DNA of 64,000 nt from Eledone cirrhosa (taxonomy: Eukaryota): the NCBI GenBank assembly GCA_964016885.1, contig OZ024744.1:128774001-128838000 (forward strand), in the 5' to 3' direction. The notes below the pieces were generated by a model. The model was not told where the DNA came from, did no database searches, and saw nothing but the letters and a program-made list of their open reading frames with translations. This document shows positions 11,055 to 21,800 of this stretch, piece by piece (the stretch's first letter is position 1; every line of letters begins with the position of its first letter). The position numbers were made by a program, and so were the translations under genes.

Positions 11055-13340
11055 GTTAAGTTTGGGTTAAGGTTGGGGTTAAATTAAGTTGGGGTTAAGT
11101 TAAGTTGGGGTTAAGTTAAGTTGGGGTTAAGTTAAGTTGGGGGTAAGTTAAGTTGGGGTTAAGTTAAGTTGGGGTTAAGTTAAGTTGGGGTTAAGTTAAG
11201 TTCGGGTTAAGTTAAGTTGGTGTTAAGTTAAGTTGGGGCTGAGTTAAGTTGGGGCTAAGTTAAGTTGGGTCTAAGTTAAGTTGGGGTTAAGTTAAGTTGG
11301 GGTTAAGTTAAGTTGGTGTTAAATTAAGTTGGGGTTAAATTAAGTTGGTGTTAAGTTAAGTTGGGGTTAAGTTAAGTTGGGGTTAATTAAGTTGGGGTTA
11401 AGTTAAGTTGGGGTTAAGTTAATTGGGGTTAAATTAAGTTAGGGTTGAGTTAAGTTGGGGTTAAGTTAAGTTGGGGTTATATTAAGTTGGGGTTAAGTTA
11501 AGTTGGGGTTAAGTAAAGTTGGGGTTCAGTTAATTTGGGGTTAAGTGAAGTTAGGGTTAAGTTAAGTTGGGGTTGAGTTAAGTTGGGGGTAAGTTAAGTT
11601 GGGGTTATGTTAAGTTGGGGTTACGTTAAGTTGGGTTTAAGTTAAGTTGGGGTTAAGTTAAGTTGGGGTTAAGTTAAGTTGGGGTTAATTTAAGTTGGGG
11701 TTAAGTTAATTTGGGCTTAATTTAAGTTGGGGTTAAGTTAAGTTGGGGTTAAGTTAAGTTGGGGTTAAATTAAGTTGGGCTTAAGTTAAGTTGGGGTTAA
11801 GTTAAGTTGGGGTTAAGTTAATTTGGGGTTAAGTTAAGTTAGGGTAAAGTTAAGTTGGGGTTGAGTTAAGTTGGGGTAAGTTAAGTTGGGGTTAAGTTAA
11901 GTTGGGGTTAAGTTAAGTTGGGGTTAAGTTAAGTTAGGCTTAACTTAAGTTGGGGTTAAGTTAAGTTGGGGGTGAGTTAAGTTGGGGGTAAGTTAAGTTG
12001 GGGTTAAGTTAAGTTGGGGTTAAGTTGGGGTTAAGTTAAGTTAGGGTTAAGTTAATTTGGGGTTGAGTTAAGTTGGGGTTAAGTTAAGTGGTGGTTATGT
12101 TAAGTTGGGGTTAAGTTAAGTTGGGGTTAATTTAAATTGGGGTTAATTTAAATTTGTTGTTAAGTTAAGTTGGGGTTAATTTAAGTTGGGGTTAAGTTAA
12201 GTTGGGGTTGAGTTAAGTTGTGGTTGAGTGAAGTTGGGGTTAAGTTAAGTTGGGGTTAAATTAAGTTGGGGTTAAGTTAAGTTGGGGTTGAGTTAAGTTG
12301 GGGTTAATTTAAGTTGGGGCTAAGTTAATTTGGGGTTAAGTTAAGTTGGGGTTAAATTAAGTTGGGGTTAAGTTAAGTTGGGGTTAAGTTAAGTTGGGGT
12401 TAAGTTAATTTGGGGTTAAGTGAAGTTAGGGTTAAGTTAAGTTGGGGCTGAGTTAAGTTGGGGGTAAGTTAAGTTGGGGTTATGTTAAGTTGGGGTTAAG
12501 TTAAGTTGGGGTTAAGTTAAGTTGGGGTTCAGTTAAGTTGCGGTTAAGTTAAGTTGGGGTTAAGTTAAGTTGGGGTTAAGTTAAGTTGGGGTTAATTTAA
12601 GTTGTGGTTAAGTTAAGTTGGGGTTAAGTTAAGTTGGGGTTAAATTCAGTCGGGGTTAAGTTAAGTCGGGGTTAAGTTACGTTGGGGTTAAGTTAAGTTG
12701 GGGTTAAGTTAAGTTGGGGTTGAGTTAAGTTGGGGTTAAGTTAAGTTGGGGTTAAGTTAAGTTGGGGTTAAGTTAAGTTGGGGTTAATTTAAGTTGGGGT
12801 TAAGTTAAGTTGGGGTTAAGTTAAGTTGGGGTAACGTTAAGTTGGGGGTAAGTTAAGTTGGGGTTAAGTTAAGTTGGGGTTAAGTTGGGGTTAAGTTAAG
12901 TTAGGGTTAACTTAAGTTGGGGTTGTGTTAAGTGGTGGTTATGTTAAGTGGTGGTTATGTTAAGTTGGGGTTAAGTTAAGTTGGGGTTAAGTTAAGTTGG
13001 GGTTAAGTTAATTAGGGTTAAGTTAAGTTGGGTTTAAGTTAAGTTGGGGTTAAGTTAATTTGTGGTTAAGTTAAGTTGGGGTTAAGTTAAGTTGGGGATA
13101 AGTTAAGTTGGGGATAAGTTAAGTTGGGGTTAATTAAGTTGGGTTTAAGTTAAGTTGGGGTTAAGTTAAGTCGGGGTTAAGTTAAGTTGGGGTTAAGTTA
13201 AGTTGGTTAGTTAAGTTGAGTTTAAGTTAAGTTGGGGTTAATTTAAGTTGGGGTTAAGTTAAGTTGGGGTTAAGTTAAGTTGGGGTTAAGTTGGGGTAAA
13301 ATTAAGTTGGGGTTAAGTTAAGTTGGGGTTAAGTTAAGTT

Positions 13341-14832
13341 GCGGTTAAGTTAAGTTGCCGTTAAGTTAAGTTGAGGTTAAGTTAAGTTGGGGTTAAGTTA
13401 AGTTGGGGTTAAGTTAAGTTGGGGCTAAGTTAAGTTGGGGCTAAGTTAAGTTGGGGTTAAGTTAACTTTGGGTTAAGTTAAGTTGGGTTTGAGTTAAGTT
13501 GGGGTTAATTAAGTTGGGGTTAAGTTAAGTTGGGGTTAAGTTGGGGTTAAGTTAAGTTGCGGTTAAGTTAAGTTGATGTTAAGTTAAGTTGGGGTTAAGT
13601 TAAGTTGGGGTTAAGTTAAGTTGGGGCTAAGTTAAGTTGGAGCTGAGTTAAGTTGGGGCTAAGTTAAGTTGGGGTTAAGTTAAGTTGGGGTTAAGTTAAG
13701 GTGGGGTTAAGTTAAGTTGGGGTCAACTTAAGTTGGGGTTAAGTTAAGTTGGGGTTAACTTAAGTTGGGGTTAAGTTAAGTTGGGGTTAAGTTAAGTTGG
13801 GGTTAAGTTAAGTTGGGGTTACGTTAAGTTGGGGGTAAGTCAAGTTGGTGTTAAGTTAAGTTGGCGGTAAGTTAAGATGGGGTTAAGTTAAGTTGGGGTT
13901 AATTTAATTTGGGGTTAAGTTAAGTTAGGGTTAAGTTAAGTTGGGGTTGAGTTAAGTTGGGGTTAAGTTAAGTTGGGGTTATGTTAAGTTGGGGTTAAGT
14001 TAAGTTGGGGTTAAGTTAAGTTGGGGTTCAATTAAGTTGCGGATAATTTAAGTTGGGGTTAAGTTAAGTTGGGGTTAAGTTAAGTTGCGGTTAAGTTAAG
14101 TTGCCGTTAAGTTAAGTTGAGGTTAAGTTAAGTTGGGGTTAAGTTAAGTTGGGGTTAAGTTAAGTTGGGGCTAAGTTAAGTTGGGGCTAAGTTAAGTTGG
14201 GGTTAAGTTAACTTTGGGTTAAGTTAAGTTGGGTTTGAGTTAAGTTGGGGTTAATTAAGTTGGGGTTAAGTTAAGTTGGGGTTAAGTTGGGGTTAAGTTA
14301 TGTTGCGGTTAAGTTAAGTTGATGTTAAGTTAAGTTGGGGTTAAGTTAAGTTGGGGTTAAGTTAAGTTGGGGCTAAGTTAAGTTGGAGCTGAGTTAAGTT
14401 GGGGCTAAGTTAAGTTGGGGTTAAGTTAAGTTGGGGTTAAGTTAAGGTGGGGTTAAGTTAAGTTGGGGTCAACTTAAGTTGGGGTTAAGTTAAGTTGGGG
14501 TTAACTTAAGTTGGGGTTAAGTTAAGTTGGGGTTAAGTTAAGTTGGGGTTAAGTTAAGTTGGGGTTACGTTAAGTTGGGGGTAAGTCAAGTTGGTGTTAA
14601 GTTAAGTTGGCGGTAAGTTAAGATGGGGTTAAGTTAAGTTGGGGTTAATTTAATTTGGGGTTAAGTTAAGTTAGGGTTAAGTTAAGTTGGGGTTGAGTTA
14701 AGTTGGGGTTAAGTTAAGTTGGGGTTATGTTAAGTTGGGGTTAAGTTAAGTTGGGGTTAAGTTAAGTTGGGGTTCAATTAAGTTGCGGATAATTTAAGTT
14801 GGGGTTAAGTTAAGTTGGGGTTAAGTTAAGTT
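13341..14832 (+). repeat. 746-bp tandem duplication (higher-order repeat) within the satellite
   Basis: The variant series GCGG..GCCG..GAGG..ACTTTGGG..GATG..GGAGCTGAG..GTCAAC..GGCGG..GCGGATAA starts at 13341 and again at 14087. The same pair occurs at 27670/28416 and in the other arrays. Confidence 0.9.
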
Positions 14833-16395
14833 GGGGTTAATTTAAGTTGGGGTTAAATTAAGTTGGGGTTAAATTAAGTTGGGGTTAAGTTAAGTTGGGG
14901 TTATGTTAAGTTGGTGTTAAGTTAAGTTGGGGTTAAGTTAAGTTGGGGTTAAGTTAGGTTGGTGTTAATTTAAGTTGGGGGTAAGTTAAGTTGGGGTAAG
15001 TTAAGTTGGTGTTAAGTTAAGTTGGGGTTAAGTTAAGTTGGGGTTAAGTTAAGTTGGGGTTCAATTAAGTTGCGGGTAATTTAAGTTGGGGTTAAGTTAA
15101 GTTGGGGGTACGTTAAGTTGGGGGTAAGTTAAGTTGGGGTTAAGTTAAGTTGGGGTTAAGTTAAGTCGGGGTTAATTTAAGTTGCGGTTAAGTTAAGTTG
15201 GGGTTAAGTTAAGTTGGGGTTAAGTTAAGTTGGGATTAAGTTAAGTTGGGGTTAAGTTAAGTTGGGGTTGAGTTAAGTTGGGGTTAAGTTAGATTATTGT
15301 TAATTTATTTTGGGGTTAAGTTAAGTTGGGGTTAAGTTAAGTTGGGGTTAATTTAAGTTGGGGTTAAGTTAAGTGGGGGTTAAGTTGAGTTGGGGTTAAG
15401 TTAAGTTGGGGTTAAGTTAAGTTGGGGTTAAGATAAGTTGGGGTTAAGTTAAGTTGGGGTTGAGTTAAGTTCGGGTTGAGTTAATTTGGGGTTAACTTAA
15501 GTTGGGGTTAACTTAAGTTGGGGTTAAGTTAAGTTGGGTTTATGTTAAGTTGGGGATAAGTTAAGTTGGGGTTAAGTTAAGTTGGGGTTCAATTAAGTTG
15601 CGGTTAATTTAAGTTGGGGTTAAGTTAAGTTGGGGTTAAGTTAAGTTGGGGTTAAGTTAAGTTGGGGTTAAATTAAGTAAGGGCTAAGTTAAGTTGAGGT
15701 TATGTTAAGTTGGTGTTAAGTTAAGTTGGGGTTAAGTTAAGTTGGGGTTAAGTTAAGTTGGGGTTTAAGTTAAGTTGGGGTTAAGTTAAGTTGGGGTTAA
15801 TTTAATTTGGGGTTAAGTTAAGTTAGGGTTAAGTTAAGTTGGGGTTGAGTTAAGTTGGGGTTAAGTTAAGTTGGGGTTATGTTAAGTTGGGGATAAGTTA
15901 AGTTGGGGTTAAGTTAAGTTGGGGTTCAATTAAGTTGCGGTTAATTTAAGTTGGGGTTAAGTTAAGTTCGGGTTAAGTTAAGTTGGGGTTAAGTTAAGTT
16001 GGGGTTAACTTAAGTTAGGGCTAAGTTAAGTTGAGGTTATGTTAAGTTGGTGTTAAGTTAAGTTGGGGTTAAGTTAAGTTGGGGTTAAGTTAAGTTGGGG
16101 TTAAGTTAAGTTGGGTTTAAGTTAAGTTGGGGCTAAGTTAAGTTGGGGTTAAGTTAAGTTGGGGTTAAGTTAAGTTGGGGTTAAGTTAGGTTGGTGTTAA
16201 GTTAAGTTGGGGGTAAGTTAAGTTGGGGGTAAGTTAAGTTGGTGTTAAGTTAAGTTGGGGTTAAGTTAAGTTGGGGCTAAGTTAAGTTGGGTTTAAGTTA
16301 AGTTGGGTCTAAGTTAAGTTGGGGTTAAGTTAAGTTGGGGTTAACTTAAGTTGGGGGTAAGTTAAGTTGGGTTTGAGTTAAGTTGGGGTTAAGTT

Positions 16396-18888
16396 AGGTT
16401 TTTCGAAAACCTTATATAATCAATTTTTTTTAGGTTTTTCGAAAAATGTTATATAATCAATTTTTTTTAGGTTTTTCGAAAAACCTTATATAATCAATTT
16501 TTTTTTAGGTTTTTCGAAACACCTTATATAATCAATTTTTTTTAGGTTTTTCGAAAAACCTTATATAATCAATTTTTTTTAGGTTTTTCGAAAAACCTTA
16601 TATAATCAATTTCTTTAGGTTTTTCGTAAAACCTTATATAATCAATTTTTTTAGGTTTTTCGAAAAACCTTATATAATTAATTTTTTTTAGGTTTTTCGA
16701 AATACCTTATATAATTAATTTTTTTTAGGTTTTTCGAAAAATCTTATATAATTAATTTATATCTGATTTCAAATATTGATTTTTTTAGGTTTTTCGAAAA
16801 CCTTATATAATCAATTTTTTTTAGGTTTTTCGAAAAAGAATGAATTCATATTCGAAATATATACTTCTGCATTAATCTTTTTACGTTTTTCTGATTTTTT
16901 GCATGTTTTGAAATTTAAAAAAAACGTAAAAAATTTATGCTTTTACAAATATTTTGAAATATTTACTTTCTGGTTTCAAATTTTGCAAATTAAATTTTTT
17001 TCTAAAAAAATCAGTTTTCGAAATCAGAAGTTAATATTTCGAAAAACGCAATTTAAAAAACTCATATTAATTTTTTTTCGAATGAAGTTTTTTTATGCTT
17101 TTAGAAATATTTATATCTGATTTAAAATATTGATTTTTTTAGGTTTACCTTATATAATCAAACAAATTTTTTTAGGTTTTTCGAAATATCTTATATAATC
17201 AATTTTTTTTAGGTTTTTCGAAAAAGAATGAATTTGAGTTCATAGTCGAAATATATACTTCTGCATTAATCTTTTTACGTTTTTCTGATTTTTTGCATGT
17301 TTTGAAATTTAAAAAAAAACGTAAAAAATTAATGGTTTTACAAATATTTTGAAATATTTACTTTCTGGTTTCGAATTTTGCAAATTAAATTTTTTTCGAA
17401 AAAAACCTAAAAAAATCAGTTTTCGAAATCAGAAGTTAATATTTCGAAAAACGCAATTTGAAAAACTCATATTAATTTTTTTTCGAATGAAGTTTTTTTA
17501 TGCTTTTAGAAATATTTATATCTGATTTCCAATATTGATTTTTTTTAGGTTTTTCGAAAAAGAATGAATTTGAGTTCATAGTCGAAATATATATTTCTGC
17601 ATTGATCTTTGATTTTTTGCATGTTTTGAAATTTAAAAAAAAAGTAAAAAATTAATGCTTTTACAAATATTTTGAAATATTTACTTTCTGGTTTCAAAGT
17701 TTGCAAATTAAATTTTTTTCGAAAAACCTAAAAAAATCAGTTTTCGAAATCAGAAGTTAATATTTCGAAAAACGCAATTTAAAAAACTCATATTAATTTT
17801 TTTTCGAATGAATTCTTTTAGAAATATTTATATCTGATTTCAAATATTGATTTTTTTTAGGTTTTTCGAAAAATCTTATATAATCAATTTTTTTTAGGTT
17901 TTTCGAAAAAGAATGAATTTGAGTTCATAGTCGAAATATATACTTCTGCATTAATCTTTGATTTTTTGCATGTTTTGAAATTTAAAAAAAACGTAAAAAA
18001 ACAATATTTCGAAAAACGCAATTTGAAAAACTCATTAATTTTTTTTCGAATGAATTCATTTATACTTTTAGAAATATTTATATCTGATTTTAAATATTGA
18101 TTTTTTTAGGTTTACCTTATATAATCAAATTTTTTTAGGTTGTTCGAAAAATCTTATATAATCAAATTTTTTTAGGTTTTTCGAAAAAGAATTTGAGTTC
18201 ATAGTCGAAATATATACTTCTGCATTAATCTTTTTACGTTTTTCTGATTTTTTGCATGTTTTGAAATTTAAAAAAAACGTAAAAAATTAATGCTTTTACA
18301 AATATTTTGAAATATTTACTTTCTGGTTTCAAATTTTGTAAATTAAATTTTTTTCGAAAAACCTAAAAAAATCAGTTTTCGAAATCAGAAGTTAATATTT
18401 CGAAAAACGCAATTTAAAAAACTCATATTAATTTTTTTTCGAATGAATTCTTTTAGAAATATTTATATCTGATTTCAAATATTGATTTTTTTAGGTTTAC
18501 CTTATATAATCAAATTTTTTTAGGTTTTTCAAAAACCTTATATAATCAATTTTTTTTAGGTTTTTCGAAAAACCTTACATAATCAATTTTTTTTAGGTTT
18601 TTTCGAAAAACCTTATATAATCAATTTTTTACGTTTTTAGAAAAACCTTATATAATCAATTTTTTTTATACTTTTAGAAATATTTATATCTTATTTCAAA
18701 TATTGATTTTTTTTAGATTTTTCGAAATACCTTATATAATCAATTTTTCTAGGTGTTTCGAAAAACCTTATATAATCAATTTTTTTTAGGTTTTTCGAAA
18801 GACCTTATATAATCAATTTTTTTTAGGTTTTTCGAAAAACCTTATATAATCAATTTTTTTAGGTTTTTCGACAACCTTATATAATCAA
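16396..18888. repeat. AT-rich composite block, copy 1 (2.49 kb; five long monomers)
   Basis: Run of ~37-bp palindromic monomers, then long monomers beginning GAAT at 16838, 17226, 17562, 17911 and 18189, then a second run of ~37-bp monomers. Confidence 0.95.
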
Positions 18889-21800
18889 GTTGAGTTGGGG
18901 TTAAGTTAATTGGGGTTAAATTAAGTTAGGGTTGAGTTAAGTTGGGGTTAAGTTAAGTTGGGGTTATATTAAGTTGGGGTTAAGTTAAGTTGAGGTTAAG
19001 TAAAGTTGGGGTTCAGTTAAGTTGGGGTTAAGTTAAGTTAGGCTTAACTTAAGTTGGGGTTAATTTAAGTTGGGGGTGAGTTAAGTTGGGGGTAAGTTAA
19101 GTTGGGGTTAAGTTAAGTTGGGGTTAAGTTGGGGTTAAGTTAATTTAGGGTTAAGTTAAGTTGGGGTTGAGTTAAGTTGGGGTTAAGTTAAGTGGTGGTT
19201 ATGTTAAGTTGGGGTTAAGTTAAGTTGGGGTTAATTTAAATTGGGGTTAATTTAACTTTGTGGTTAAGTTAATTTGGGGTTAATTTAAGTTGGGGTTAAG
19301 TTAAGTTGGCGTTGAGTTAAGCTGGGGTTAAGTTAAGTTGGGGTTAAAATAAGTTGGGGTTAAGTTAAGTTGGGGTTGAGTTAAGTTGGGGTTGAGTTAA
19401 TTTGGGGTTAAGTTAAGTTGGGGTTAACTTAAGTTGGGTTTAATTTAAGTTGGGGTTAAGTTAAGTTGGGGTTATAATTAAGTTGGGGTTAAGTTAAGTT
19501 GGGGGTAAGATAAGTTGGGGTTAGTTAAGTTGCGGTTAAGTTAAGTTGGGGTTAAGTTAAGTTGGGGTTAAGTTAAGTTGGGGTTAAGTTAAGTTGGGGT
19601 TAATTTAAGTTGGGGTAAAGTTAAGTTGGGGGTAAGTTAAGTTGGGGTTAAGTTAAGTTGGGGTTAAGTTGGGGTTAAGTTAAGTTAGGGTTAACTTAAG
19701 TTGGGGTTGTGTTAAGTGGTGGTTATGTTAAGTGGTGGTTATGTTAAGTTGGGGTTAAGTTAAGTTGGGGTTAAGTTAAATTGGGGTTAAGTTAAGTTGC
19801 GGTTAAGTTAAGTTGGGGTTAAGTTAAGTTGGGGTTAAGTTAATTAGGGTTAAGTTAATTTGTGGTTAAGTTAAGTTGGGGTTAAGTTAAGTTGGGGTTA
19901 AGTTAAGTTGGGGATAAGTTAAGTTGAGGATAAGTTAAGTTGGGGTTAATTAAGTTGGGTTTAAGTTAAGTTGGGGTTAAGTTAAGTTGGGGTTAAGTTA
20001 AGTGGGGTTAAGTTAAGTTGGTTAGTTAAGTTGAGTTTAAGTTAAGTTGGGGTTAATTTAATTTGGGGTTAAGTTAAGTTGGGGTTAAGTTAATTTGGGG
20101 TTAAGTTAAGTTGGGGTTCAGTTAAGTTGGGGTTAAGTTAAGTTGGGGTTAAGTTGGGGTAAAATTAAGTTGGGGTTAAGTTAAGTTGCGGTTAAGTTAA
20201 AATGAGGTTAAGTTAAGTTGGGGTTAAGTTAAGTTGGGGTTAAGTTAAGTTGGGGCTAAGTTAAGTTGGGGCTAAGTTAAGTTGGGGCTAAGTTAAGTTG
20301 GGGTTAAGTTAACTTTGGGTTAAGTTAAGTTGGGTTTGAGTTAAGTTGGGGTTAATTAAGTTGGGGTTAAGTTAAGTTGGGGTTAAGTTAAGTTGGGGTT
20401 AAGTTAAGTTGGGGTTAAGTTAAGTTGATGTTAAGTTAAGTTGGGGTTAATTTAAGTTGGGGTTAAGTTAAGTTGGGGCTAAGTTAAGTTGGAGCTAAGT
20501 TAAGTTGGGGCTAAGTTAAGTTGGGGTTAAGTTAAGTTGGGGTTAAGTTAAGGTGGGGTTAAGTTAAGTTGGGGTCAACTTAAGTAGGGGTTAAGTTAAG
20601 TTGGGGTTAACTTAAGTTGGGGTTAAGTTAAGTTGGGGTTAAGTTAAGTTGGGGTTAAGTTAAGTTGGGGTTACGTTAAGTTGGGGGTAAGTTAAGTTGG
20701 TGGTAAGTTAAGTTGGGGGTAAGTTAAGATGGGGTTAAGTTAGGGTTAAGTTAAGTTAGGGTTAAGTTAATTTGGGGTTGAGTTAAGTTGGGGTTAAGTT
20801 AAGTGGTGGTTATGTTAAGTTGGGGTTAAGTTAAGTTGGGGTTAATTTAAATTGGGGTTAATTTAAATTTGTTGTTAAGTTAAGTTGGGGTTAATTTAAG
20901 TTGGGGTTAAGTTAAGTTGGGGTTGAGTTAAGTTGGGGTTGAGTGAAGTTGGGGTTAAGTTAAGTTGGGGTTAAGTTAAGTTGGGGTTGAGTTAAGTTGG
21001 GGTTAATTTAAGTTGGGGCTAAGTTCATTTGGGGTTCAGTTAAGTTGGGGTTAAATTAAGTTGGGGTTAAGTTAAGTTGGGGTTAAATTAAGTTGGGGTT
21101 AAGTTAAGTTGGGGTTAAGTTAAGTTGGGATTAAGTTAATTTGGGGTTAAGTGAAGTTAGGGTTAAGTTAAGTTGGGGTTGAGTTAAGTTGGGGGTAAGT
21201 TAAGTTGGGGTTATGTTAAGTTGGGGTTACGTTAAGTTGGGTTTAAGTTAAGTTGGGGTTAAGTTAAGTTGGGGTTAAGTTAAGTTGGGGTTAATTTAAG
21301 TTGGGGTTAAGTTAAGTTGGGCTTAATTTAAGTTGGGGTTAAGTTAAGTTGGGGTTAAGTTAAGTTGGGGTTAAATTAAGTTGGGGTTAAGTTAAGTTGG
21401 GGTTAAGTTAAGTTGGGGTTAAGTTAATTTGGGGTTAAGTTAAGTTAGGGTAAAGTTAAGTTGGGGTTGAGTTAAGTTGGGGTAAGTTAAGTAGGGGTTA
21501 AGTTAAGTTGGGGTTAAGTTAAGTTGGGGTTAAGTTAATTTAGGCTTAACTTAAGTTGGGGTTAAGTTAAGTTGGGGGTGAGTTAAGTTGGGGGTAAGTT
21601 AAGTTGGGGTTAAGTTAAGTTGGGGTTAAGTTGGGGTTAAGTTAAGTTAGGGTTAAGTTAATTTGGGGTTGAGTTAAGTTGGGGTTAAGTTAAGTGGTGG
21701 TTATGTTAAGTTGGGGTTAAGTTAAGTTGGGGTTAATTTAAATTGGGGTTAATTTAAATTTGTTGTTAAGTTAAGTTGGGGTTAATTTAAGTTGGGGTTA

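Larger units (their letters stand above)
292..16395 (+). repeat. 16-bp G-rich satellite array 1 (GGGGTTAAGTTAAGTT)n, ~16.1 kb
   Basis: Directly visible 16-bp periodicity with point variants and 11-bp (GGGGTTAAGTT) units. G-rich strand is +, except for the patch at 10806-11054. Confidence 0.98.

Noticed and set aside
16469-16497. Heat-shock element, promoter or intrinsic terminator in TTCGAA / TATATAA / hairpin + T-tract
   Set aside because: TTCGAA lacks the 2-bp spacing of nTTCnnGAAn. TATA-like and T-rich words are expected in such AT-rich repeats, and there is no gene to regulate, so none is annotated as a feature.
16396-16835. CRISPR-like array (37-bp palindromic repeat)
   Set aside because: The repeats are head-to-tail with no unique spacers, and there are no cas genes or leader.
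16776-17120. 114-aa ORF from the ORF track
   Set aside because: It starts at TTG and is an F/K/I/N-rich translation of T and A tracts. The frame is open only because of a private variant (AATTTATGC vs AATTAATGC); equivalent positions in the other blocks are not called. No recognisable domain.
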